DNA of 37,632 bases from positions 1 to 37,632 of the IMG/VR virus record IMGVR_UViG_3300037461_000753; one strand, 5' to 3'. The notes below the pieces were generated by a model. It was given only the letters and a program-made list of their open reading frames with translations, was not told where the DNA came from and ran no database searches. The first letter of the stretch is position 1, and every line of letters starts with the position of its first letter. Below are positions 17,116 to 24,141 of this stretch, piece by piece. The position numbers and the translations under genes are program-made. The DNA is from a virus (Duplodnaviria > Caudoviricetes).

Positions 17116-17993
17116 CAGGCCTCCGGCGCGTTGAGTGCCTTCCCACTGCCCTTCAACGCGGCCGGAGCCAGGACGGCGCCGACGAACTTGAGGCGCGAGA
17201 TGCGCTTCGGGGCAGACTCGCCTTCGACCTCGACCACCGCGGCGAGGTCGTCGGTGGTCCTCACGGTGCAGACACCGAGTTCGGCGATGCGCCAGCGCGA
17301 CCCGATCTGCGGCTTGGGCAGCTCGCGCGGGTAGGCGTTGGCTGCGTCCCAGTCGGCCTTGCCGATGGTGAGCTCCTCCGGCTCGTTGTCGAGGAGCTCC
17401 GCGGTCTGCACACGGACCTCGCCCATGGTGATGGCGAGGATGCGGCAAGGTCCGAACTGGTCGTGCTCCCAGATCGTCTGCAGCTTGATGGCCCCGAACG
17501 TGCCCTTCGGAGGTGCCGCCGGCTTGTCCCCGAGCGGCAGCTTCTCCTGCTTGTCGGCGAAGGCCAGCGGGCGCTGGCGCAGGATGGCGCCGGTCGTCTT
17601 GCTCTTGTAGGTCACGATGCCGGAGACGTGGTCGATGATCTCCTCGGTGTCGGCCTCCTCGATCTTGCGCCCGAGATCGCTGATGACCTTGTCGAGGTCC
17701 TCGAGCTTCTTGTGGAAGTCGAACGCTGCAGCCTTCTTCTGCCCCTCGATGTGATCGCGCTCCCGGATCGCCTTGCACAGACGCGAGGTCATCTGCGGCA
17801 CCGTCTCCTGGATCGGCGCCGGCGTCGGCGACTTGGCTCGATGCTGCTCCAGCTCCTTCCCGGGCCCAGCACCAGGAGCGCCAGCTGCTGCTCCAGCCAC
17901 CTTTCCAGCGCCCTTTCCAGCACGCTTCGGAGGTCCACTTTTGGGTTCGACCGGAGTCGAGCCCTTCCCGTTGCTCTTCTTCTTCTTCACCAT
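17115..17993 (-). CDS. Hypothetical protein (basic N-terminus, coiled coil)
   Basis: 292 aa, coupled on both sides, GC3-rich codon pattern. Confidence 0.7.
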   Translation of the reverse strand: MVKKKKSNGKGSTPVEPKSGPPKRAGKGAGKVAGAAAGAPGAGPGKELEQHRAKSPTPAPIQETVPQMTSRLCKAIRERDHIEGQKKAAAFDFHKKLEDLDKVISDLGRKIEEADTEEIIDHVSGIVTYKSKTTGAILRQRPLAFADKQEKLPLGDKPAAPPKGTFGAIKLQTIWEHDQFGPCRILAITMGEVRVQTAELLDNEPEELTIGKADWDAANAYPRELPKPQIGSRWRIAELGVCTVRTTDDLAAVVEVEGESAPKRISRLKFVGAVLAPAALKGSGKALNAPEA

Positions 17994-18175
17994 CAGTCAC
18001 CACCCTTTCCCCAGTACCCGCCCGCGGCGTCGTTCTGCGCGAGGCCCAGTGCGCTCGCGCGTTGCGTCTCGATCGGCACGAGCTCTTCGGCGTAGGGCAG
18101 GCCGCACGCAGAGCAGCTCGAGCCCTTCACGCGCCACGGGAGGTTGCAGCACTTGCGACACACGGGCTGCCTCAC
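17993..18175 (-). CDS. Small Zn-finger protein
   Basis: GTGA overlap start; CRKCC...CSACG; 60 aa. Confidence 0.55.
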   Translation of the reverse strand: MRQPVCRKCCNLPWRVKGSSCSACGLPYAEELVPIETQRASALGLAQNDAAGGYWGKGGD

Positions 18176-18621
18176 GCGAGGCTCCACGTGGTCTCGCTCC
18201 CCGCTCGGCGCAGCGTCACCTTCTTCGCCTGCTGCAGGGCCACGATGTTCACCCTCCACTCCCAGGTGTTCGACCCCTCGATCCCGAGCTTCGCCAGCAG
18301 GTCGCTCGTCTTCATCGGACCCTTGGCAAGGAGCTGCAGGATTTTCTCGCGGTGGTCCGGGCAGCGGCTCCCGTCGTTCTTCTTCCGGCCGCGGCCGCGC
18401 TTGGGCTCTTCGCTTCCTTTTGGGTCAGCGGCGCTCTTGCGCGGGCGGCCCGGCTTGCGGCGCTCTTGCGCGGGCGGCCCGGCTTGCGGGCTGCCGAGCG
18501 TGACGGTGATGCCCTCGCCCTGCAGCGCCAGCAGCAGGCCCATCACGCGGCCGCGCTCGTCGCTGCTGAGGTCCTCGAGCAGGCCCAGGATCCCCTTCGT
18601 TGCCTTGATGACGTCTCCCAC
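18172..18621 (-). CDS. AT-hook plus winged-HTH-like DNA-binding protein
   Basis: SD GGAGGT and GTG start; RKPGRPRK and KRGRGRK AT-hook-like motifs; C-terminal KILQLLAKGPMKTSDLLAKLG wHTH-like segment. Confidence 0.6.
   Translation of the reverse strand: MGDVIKATKGILGLLEDLSSDERGRVMGLLLALQGEGITVTLGSPQAGPPAQERRKPGRPRKSAADPKGSEEPKRGRGRKKNDGSRCPDHREKILQLLAKGPMKTSDLLAKLGIEGSNTWEWRVNIVALQQAKKVTLRRAGSETTWSLA
18431..18488. repeat. Perfect 29-bp tandem duplication
   Basis: GCGCTCTTGCGCGGGCGGCCCGGCTTGCG at 18431-18459 and 18460-18488. Confidence 0.95.
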
Positions 18622-18623
18622 GG

Positions 18624-19136
18624 CTACCTCCCTGTCTGCGCGTCGAGGTCCCGCTCGAGCTGATCGAGCTGCTCGCGCGCGTGTTGGATCTCGCGCCGCA
18701 TGGTCCGGCGCTCGTGCTCGTCGATGACCCCGTCGGCGATGGCCATGTGCACCTCGCGGCCCACGTCGCCGATCTCCGCGAGTACCCGGCACACGCGCTC
18801 GGGCAGGGGGCGAGCGACGTGCGGGTCGCGGCTGCAGAGCGCCAGCAGGCCACGCAGGATCGCCTCGCACAGCCCAGGCTTCGCGTCGGCCAGGCGCACC
18901 AGGTGCAGGAGCGAGGGCGCGTTGACGCCGAGGCACCATTGCGACGCCTTGCCCCTGCTGCCGGCTGCGAGGCTGAGCTCCTCCTGGGTGGTCTCCGTCG
19001 CCTCGAGCGCATCCCGGATCACCTGCGCTACCGTTGCGCTGTCAGGGTGGACAGTCGCGAGGATCGACGACTGCGCTACTCGCGCGAGGATCTTCGCCTT
19101 GGTAGGATTGACGATATGCAGTGCTGGCAGTCCCAT
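18624..19136 (-). CDS. CII-like regulatory protein (186/CP76 type)
   Basis: N-terminal HTH-like region; C-terminal EIGDVGREVHMAIADGVIDEHERR motif; directly downstream of cro; SD AGGAGG. Confidence 0.65.
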   Translation of the reverse strand: MGLPALHIVNPTKAKILARVAQSSILATVHPDSATVAQVIRDALEATETTQEELSLAAGSRGKASQWCLGVNAPSLLHLVRLADAKPGLCEAILRGLLALCSRDPHVARPLPERVCRVLAEIGDVGREVHMAIADGVIDEHERRTMRREIQHAREQLDQLERDLDAQTGR

Positions 19137-19186
19137 GGATCACGTCCTCCTGTGAGCTCGGAGACGAACCGAGCGTTGCTACGCGA

Positions 19187-19417
19187 TCAGCCGTCGGTCC
19201 CCGTACGCGCTCCGGCGTCAGTCCAGGCGCTCACGGGGATCTGCAGTACCCGCGAGAGCGCGAGCGCCAGGTCGCGGCCCGGTTTGCGTTCGCCTGACAA
19301 CCACTTGTTCACGAGGCCGCTTGCGATGCCCAACCGCTGCTCGAGTCCTCGCTGCGAGATGCCGCGGTCGGTGAGCCGCCTTCGCAGCAGCTCCGCACCG
19401 GGGAGGGAAGTAGACAT
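19187..19417 (-). CDS. cro: Cro-like XRE HTH protein
   Basis: GISQRGLEQRLGIASGLVNKWLSGERKP HTH, 76 aa, divergent from the repressor. Confidence 0.85.
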   Translation of the reverse strand: MSTSLPGAELLRRRLTDRGISQRGLEQRLGIASGLVNKWLSGERKPGRDLALALSRVLQIPVSAWTDAGARTGTDG

Positions 19418-19423
19418 GCGCGC

Positions 19424-19452
19424 AGTATCTGACAGGAGTCAGGGTCTGTCAA
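19424..19452 (-). promoter_or_regulatory. Lytic promoter PR-like (TTGACA-17-GATACT), leaderless
   Basis: TTGACA at 19452-19447, GATACT at 19429-19424, 6 nt to the cro ATG, no SD. Confidence 0.85.
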
Positions 19453-19476
19453 GAGTCAGCGTCTGGCATCAGACAG
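19429..19476. promoter_or_regulatory. Three tandem operators CTGAC-N4-GTCAG at 17-bp period (OR-like)
   Basis: CTGACAGGAGTCAG (19429), CTGTCAAGAGTCAG (19446), degenerate CTGGCATCAGACAG (19463). Confidence 0.75.
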
Positions 19477-19499
19477 AGACCGGGTATCTGCTGGTAGCC

Positions 19500-19958
19500 A
19501 TGGGACACCTGCTCGGCGAGCGCATCAAGGAACTGCGCGAAAGGAAAGGGCTGTCGAAGCGCAAGCTCGAGAAGGAAGCTGTCATCTCCCGCGGGTACCT
19601 GTCCCGGATCGAGGCGGGCAAGCGGACCAACCTTGGCAGGGACATGATCCAGCGACTCGCCTCGGGGCTCGGCGCGAAGATGATCGACATCTACAGGGAG
19701 GACGAGCCGAGCAAGGAGCAGATCGAGGCCATCGAGGATCCCGAGCTGAGGGCGGCCGTTCAATTTGCCGCAGGTTGGATCCCCTCCGAGGTCGTGGCGG
19801 CGTGGGCCGAGCAGCAAGCGCATAGCGGACGCAGGGCGGTGAAGCGCCGGCTCTACCTGGCCGAGCTCGAAGCCTACTTCGAGATGTGGAAGTCCGATCG
19901 CCCAGAGGCGCGCGATCGAGCGTTCGAGGCAAGGCCGAGGCGAAGGGGGAGCAAGTGA
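19500..19958 (+). CDS. cI: CI/ImmR-like immunity repressor (XRE HTH, no S24 peptidase domain)
   Basis: LGERIKELRERKGLSKRKLEKEAVISRGYLSRIEAGKRTN HTH; 152 aa; divergent from cro. Confidence 0.85.
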   Translation: MGHLLGERIKELRERKGLSKRKLEKEAVISRGYLSRIEAGKRTNLGRDMIQRLASGLGAKMIDIYREDEPSKEQIEAIEDPELRAAVQFAAGWIPSEVVAAWAEQQAHSGRRAVKRRLYLAELEAYFEMWKSDRPEARDRAFEARPRRRGSK

Positions 19959-20467
19959 GGATCGCTGCTCTGTTGGTTGTCCTGGTTGTCGGGTGCTCAT
20001 CGTCCGATCCGGCGCTGCATCCGGTGTCCGTCCTGTTGGATGCTCAGCAGGACCCGGCATCGGATGTGATCTCCGAGCCGGGCCAGGATGTGGTGCACGA
20101 AGCCGAGGCCGGCGCCGATGCGGAGCCGTCGCCCGAGTCCTCGTTCGAACTGCAGCCAGAGGCCGCTTCGGAGGCTGCGCCCGACGTGGTCGAAGAACCA
20201 GCGTGTGTCCCTGAGTACGTCAAGACCGACAGCAAGACCGGCACGAGCGCCGGCGGCGATCTCGTGCTCACCGTCGAGCTCGCCTGCGAGCCTAGCGAGA
20301 CGACACCGCAGGGCTGGTGGCTCGGACTGTGCGAGGAGAGCGGAGACGTGAAGCTCGGCTGCTCCTGCATGCACGTCGGGCAGACGGGGGTGCAATGCTC
20401 GCTCGTGACCGACGGGACGGCGACGTTGAAGCTCACGATCCACTGTCTGCGCGACTGCGGGGGATGA
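19955..20467 (+). CDS. Lipoprotein, acidic linker plus Cys-rich C-terminal domain
   Basis: GTGA overlap with cI stop; signal MRIAALLVVLVVG-C (lipobox-like); eight further Cys. Confidence 0.7.
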   Translation: MRIAALLVVLVVGCSSSDPALHPVSVLLDAQQDPASDVISEPGQDVVHEAEAGADAEPSPESSFELQPEAASEAAPDVVEEPACVPEYVKTDSKTGTSAGGDLVLTVELACEPSETTPQGWWLGLCEESGDVKLGCSCMHVGQTGVQCSLVTDGTATLKLTIHCLRDCGG

Positions 20468-20470
20468 CCC

Positions 20471-21202
20471 ATGGCCTGCTCGCGTTGCGGTCAAGCGGGG
20501 CACAACAAGCTGACGTGCTGGAAACGCGGTACGCAGACGAGTCGACATCCAAGCGGCACCGAGCCGCTGCGGCCGACGCGCCTTGTTGTCGACGGACAAC
20601 AGTGTGCGTGGATAGAGGGGCCCTTCGACATGCACGTCGCTGGAGAGGCCTACCAGCAGGAGCATCTGAGGAGGTTCCGCGATCAGGCAGAGCAGCGCAC
20701 GATCCTGCCGGCGTGGCTGGTACCGGAGCCAGAGAATGAGTTTGACCGTCACGCGGTCCGGGTCGAAATCGCCGGTGTCAAGGCAGGCTACATGCCGCGT
20801 GAGGAGGCGGGCGACTGGCAGGAGATACTCCGCTCCGTCGAGCAGACAACCGGCTGCCGGGTCGCATGCCGTGCCACGCTGTTCTTGACGAAGGACGTTG
20901 AGTTGATCCTGCACCTCCCGGGCACACCTCCGAAAAGCCTGCCGAGGGCAGGCACACCGCAGCAGCCCGTGTACCAGGTGAGCAAGCCGACGCGGCCGTC
21001 GTGCCTCGTCGTGGCGATCTTCATCGTGTTGGCTGGGATAGGAGGGCTGCTGCTGCTCGTCGTGGTTCTTGCTCTCGTTGGAAGAGCGACGAGTGAGCAA
21101 CCAGGATCATCGTCGCCACCTTCCAAGCCCACCACGAAGCAGGCGCCGGCGAAACAGCCCCCGACATCGGCGCCGTCGGGTGGCATCTTCAAGGCAAGGT
21201 GA
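20471..21202 (+). CDS. CCHC zinc-knuckle + HIRAN-like domain + transmembrane protein
   Basis: CSRCGQAGHNKLTC (CX2CX4HX4C); HVAGEAY...LVPEPENEFDRHAVRV...AGYMPR HIRAN motif; long hydrophobic stretch LVVAIFIVLAGIGGLLLLVVVLALV. Confidence 0.75.
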   Translation: MACSRCGQAGHNKLTCWKRGTQTSRHPSGTEPLRPTRLVVDGQQCAWIEGPFDMHVAGEAYQQEHLRRFRDQAEQRTILPAWLVPEPENEFDRHAVRVEIAGVKAGYMPREEAGDWQEILRSVEQTTGCRVACRATLFLTKDVELILHLPGTPPKSLPRAGTPQQPVYQVSKPTRPSCLVVAIFIVLAGIGGLLLLVVVLALVGRATSEQPGSSSPPSKPTTKQAPAKQPPTSAPSGGIFKAR

Positions 21203-21214
21203 TCGTCGCCCGTA

Positions 21215-21814
21215 CTACCCGACGAGGTAGGCCCGCCGCTTCCTCTCGTCCGCAATGAAGAAGATGCGGGCGGGCAGATCTGGAGGGATCCGGCCCCGGA
21301 GCAGATCGCGATCAGGCCACGGGTAGCACTGACCACGTACTCGGATGCGTCCCGCGCTCACGAGCGCAACTGGCACACCGGATACCTCGCCGATGCGCAG
21401 AGCAGCCAGGCTCTCCGTTGTGGCAAGGTCGCGTGCGATCCTGCGAACGTCGGTCGTTCGCCCGATGGTACCCTCGACGCATGGCTTCGGAGCGACCAGC
21501 GCGGCACCGAGTCGATCGCATCGCTCCTCAAGATCGACGTCATTGGCGCCATGCTTCCGGTACCACCAGTGCGCGAGCTCGTGGCCGGCGAGCCAGCGTG
21601 CGCGAGCGGGCAAGGTTCCTCGCCGCACGTAGACCCGTGGTTGTCCACGTAGGACGCAGAACGCCGCCTCGCACGACCTGAGGGGCGCCCACTCAGGGCC
21701 GCGCCCGATGAGCCGGCGGCAAACCTCGGCGATCCCCGGGCCATCGGAGGGGTTGCACTTCGCCGCGGCGAACATCTCGACAGCGTCTCGCTCGATCTCC
21801 CGTTGCACCCTCAT
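21215..21814 (-). CDS. ImmA/IrrE-family metallopeptidase (antirepressor protease)
   Basis: RWLAGHELAHW (HExxH) and EERCDRLGAALVAP motifs. Confidence 0.85.
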   Translation of the reverse strand: MRVQREIERDAVEMFAAAKCNPSDGPGIAEVCRRLIGRGPEWAPLRSCEAAFCVLRGQPRVYVRRGTLPARARWLAGHELAHWWYRKHGANDVDLEERCDRLGAALVAPKPCVEGTIGRTTDVRRIARDLATTESLAALRIGEVSGVPVALVSAGRIRVRGQCYPWPDRDLLRGRIPPDLPARIFFIADERKRRAYLVG

Positions 21815-21820
21815 GCCTCG

Positions 21821-21848
21821 AGACTATCGCCGCCCCCTGGCGTGTCGA
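21821..21848 (-). promoter_or_regulatory. Candidate leaderless promoter for ImmA/IrrE gene
   Basis: TCGACA-16-TAGTCT-6-ATG on the minus strand. Confidence 0.45.
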
Positions 21849-21931
21849 TGATGGTTGCCCTGGCAAGTGCCATAGAATGTCCACGGTCGCGGGATTCTGC
21901 CGCCGTGCCGCAGCCTTGCCGATCTGGCTAT

Positions 21932-21967
21932 CTGACTCTTGACAGCGTCTGACACAAGTCAGATACT
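21932..21967 (+). promoter_or_regulatory. Early promoter PL-like (TTGACA-17-GATACT) with two operators, leaderless
   Basis: TTGACA 21939-21944, GATACT 21962-21967, 6 nt to ATG 21974; operators CTGACTCTTGACAG (21932) and CTGACACAAGTCAG (21949). Confidence 0.85.
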
Positions 21968-21973
21968 GCGCGC

Positions 21974-22216
21974 ATGAACACGACGACCCGCGCTGACTCG
22001 GCCCTCGGCACCGCGATCGAAGCGCTCGACCTCGCCGGCTACCCGCTGCTCGCAGCTCACATCGCGCACTGGCCGTCGCTGGGCGCGTACCTGCACGCGA
22101 GGGACCGAGTCGCGTGGGCCCGCGAGCACGCAGTAGATGATGATCACCGCGCGGACTGCGGGATGGCGCTGTGCGCGATCGAAGCGGCGATGGCGAGCGC
22201 GGAGGTGGGGTCGTGA
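21974..22216 (+). CDS. Hypothetical early protein
   Basis: First gene after the PL-like promoter; 80 aa. Confidence 0.7.
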   Translation: MNTTTRADSALGTAIEALDLAGYPLLAAHIAHWPSLGAYLHARDRVAWAREHAVDDDHRADCGMALCAIEAAMASAEVGS

Positions 22217-22509
22217 TCTCCCTGGCTCTGATCCGCTACGGCGCCGGCACCCAGATCGTCGAGGTGGCCGGCAGCACGAAAGCCGGGAAGTTGCAGCTTG
22301 CCGCTCGCTTCTCCGTGACCAAGGCGCCGGCCGGCATCTTCGTCGAGCGCAAGACGACGGGCGCGAGAATCGACAAGCGGGAGGTTGTCGGCGAGCCCGA
22401 CCAGGACTGGCGCTTCCGGTACGTGCGCGCCCACGTCGAGTCGCCGGGGCACGTGAAGATCCCCGGGTTCGAAGGCCGCGAAATCTCCTTCCACGAGAGG
22501 CAACCATGA
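22213..22509 (+). CDS. Hypothetical early protein
   Basis: GTGA overlap start, SD GGAGGT; 98 aa. Confidence 0.65.
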   Translation: MISLALIRYGAGTQIVEVAGSTKAGKLQLAARFSVTKAPAGIFVERKTTGARIDKREVVGEPDQDWRFRYVRAHVESPGHVKIPGFEGREISFHERQP

Positions 22510-22976
22510 CCCCCCTCACCACCATCTGCGACCTCGGCGCGCTGCTCACCGACGATGGTCGGCTGGTCGTGCGACGCAGCGGGAGCTGGAAAGCGGAGTG
22601 GGTGCACGGCCGACACGGCGCCGTGTACGCGGCGGGAAGCGCCACGGGGGCGGAGGCCGCTCTCGAGCAGCTCGCCTCGGAGATGTGCGACCGAGCGATC
22701 GAGGACGGTCGCCGGCTGGCCGAGGCGGGCGACGCCGAGTCGCTCATGCTGGTCGAGGCGATCCGCCTGACGCTGAGGGCGGCGGGGATGGCTGACGACT
22801 TCGCTGACGAGATCGTGCAGGCCGGCCGATCAGAGGATGTGCCCGCGGGGGCCGTCGAGCGGGCGGTGCGGGCCGTCTGTGGCGACTGCCGCCAGTGGCC
22901 ACGCGGGGACTGTGCGCACCGGGGGCTGCAGGAGTGGGCGTGCTCCGAGTTCCGGGCGCGGGGAGACGAATCATGA
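22506..22976 (+). CDS. Hypothetical protein with C-terminal Cys cluster
   Basis: ATGA overlap (MTPLTT); CGDC...C...CSEF. Confidence 0.65.
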   Translation: MTPLTTICDLGALLTDDGRLVVRRSGSWKAEWVHGRHGAVYAAGSATGAEAALEQLASEMCDRAIEDGRRLAEAGDAESLMLVEAIRLTLRAAGMADDFADEIVQAGRSEDVPAGAVERAVRAVCGDCRQWPRGDCAHRGLQEWACSEFRARGDES

Positions 22977-23155
22977 AGAAGGAAGACGTCGAGGAGCTGA
23001 TCAACCGATGGCGTGCCGAGGCTGCGGAGCTGAAGGTCGCGGCGGAGGAGACGATCTGGTCGCAGGAGACGCGCGACGAATGGCTCGCGGCGGCGCACCA
23101 GCTCCTGTGCTGTGCGAGGGAGCTGCGTGCGGCAATGCGGGAGGGGGGGGGATGA
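22973..23155 (+). CDS. Hypothetical protein
   Basis: ATGA overlap, SD GGAG; MKKEDVEELINRW, 60 aa. Confidence 0.65.
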   Translation: MKKEDVEELINRWRAEAAELKVAAEETIWSQETRDEWLAAAHQLLCCARELRAAMREGGG

Positions 23156-23376
23156 AACTCGGCCGCCCTTCCTTCGCTGCTCTGCTCGGCGTCTCGATCA
23201 TGACGTGTGTGCAGAGCATCTATCAGGACGCCCTCGGGCAGGAGCGCTACATCGCGCTTGCCCGATCGCACTGGGTCGACCCGGCGATTTCGCTACCGAT
23301 CGCGATCGCGCTGCTCGTCGTCTCGATGCTCTGCCTCGTAGCGATGGTCGTGGGCGATCTGGAGGATAGGCGATGA
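23152..23376 (+). CDS. Small two-TM membrane protein
   Basis: ATGA overlap; two hydrophobic segments; 74 aa. Confidence 0.55.
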   Translation: MKLGRPSFAALLGVSIMTCVQSIYQDALGQERYIALARSHWVDPAISLPIAIALLVVSMLCLVAMVVGDLEDRR

Positions 23377-23594
23377 GCGCGCGTCCTGACGACATCGATG
23401 ACATGGTGCAGCGCGCCGTGACCACGCTCGTGGCGCGGTATCGTGACGAGTCCCCGCTCGGCGACGGCTACCCGGCAGCGTGTGGCTACCTGGAGGCCAA
23501 GCTCGTCGCCATGCTGTGCGGAGGTCGCAAGGAGCGCGAGCGGACGATCGAGGACCTGCAGAAGATTGCGGAGGGCAGCAATGCCTCCCGCTGA
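23373..23594 (+). CDS. Hypothetical protein
   Basis: ATGA overlap, SD GGAGG; 73 aa. Confidence 0.65.
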   Translation: MSARPDDIDDMVQRAVTTLVARYRDESPLGDGYPAACGYLEAKLVAMLCGGRKERERTIEDLQKIAEGSNASR

Positions 23595-23742
23595 CCTGCG
23601 CCCCGTGCGCGAGGACTATCCGATCCAGCGCGAGCTGCTCGAGCGCGTGGCCGGTCTGTGGCCGGACGAGCGCGCGAAAGATGACGAGCCGGCGCGCGGA
23701 GTCGAGCGGGCTCTTGAGCTTTGGAGGAACGGGCAATGGTAG
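23581..23742 (+). CDS. Hypothetical protein
   Basis: SD GGAGG before ATG 23581; 53 aa fills the operon gap. Confidence 0.5.
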   Translation: MPPADLRPVREDYPIQRELLERVAGLWPDERAKDDEPARGVERALELWRNGQW

Positions 23743-23954
23743 CAGACACGATCCCGGTAGCAGACACGGAACCTCGCGCGCTGACCGACGCGGAGCTGAT
23801 CGCGCTGGCGGCGATGGTGCACGGAATCGCGATCACTCTCGGCAACGAGGACGCGTGGCAGATGAAGCACGACCTGCAGCCGTCACTCTGCATGTTCAGC
23901 CTGCCTGAGTACCAGCGTCTCGAGGCGGAGCTGCGCAGGCGAGGTGTGCTGTGA
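23736..23954 (+). CDS. Hypothetical protein
   Basis: SD GGAGG before MVADTIP; 72 aa. Confidence 0.6.
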   Translation: MVADTIPVADTEPRALTDAELIALAAMVHGIAITLGNEDAWQMKHDLQPSLCMFSLPEYQRLEAELRRRGVL

Positions 23955-24124
23955 GACCGACGCGGCGAGCTGTGCGGCTGGACCCGTACTGCCAGATGGA
24001 TCCGTACGACGACGACCGGGAGCTCGACTCGTGCGGGGACGAGGAGCCGGCGCCCGAGCCTGAGTGGGACGGGCCGTGTCCAGGCGACTCTGGTGGCCTC
24101 GGGGACATGGGTGGTTGGGACTGA
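23951..24124 (+). CDS. Small acidic protein (not in ORF track)
   Basis: GTGA overlap, SD GAGGT; hand translation MRPTRRAVRLDPYCQMDPYDDDRELDSCGDEEPAPEPEWDGPCPGDSGGLGDMGGWD, 57 aa. Confidence 0.5.
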   Translation: MRPTRRAVRLDPYCQMDPYDDDRELDSCGDEEPAPEPEWDGPCPGDSGGLGDMGGWD

Positions 24125-24141
24125 AGAACAGGAGGTGGATT

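Noticed and set aside
18681-19499. Long N-terminal extension of CI in the 425-aa track ORF
   Set aside because: It overlaps cro and the CII-like gene on the other strand and crosses the operator region; the HTH begins at ATG 19500.
23143-23151. G9 homopolymer as a phase-variation tract
   Set aside because: It lies in the last codons of a small gene and doubles as SD/spacer for the next; no evidence of length variation from a single sequence.
23738-23768. Short duplication GGTAGCAGACACG at 18-bp period
   Set aside because: In-frame (VADTIP/VADTEP) near an N-terminus; no predicted consequence.
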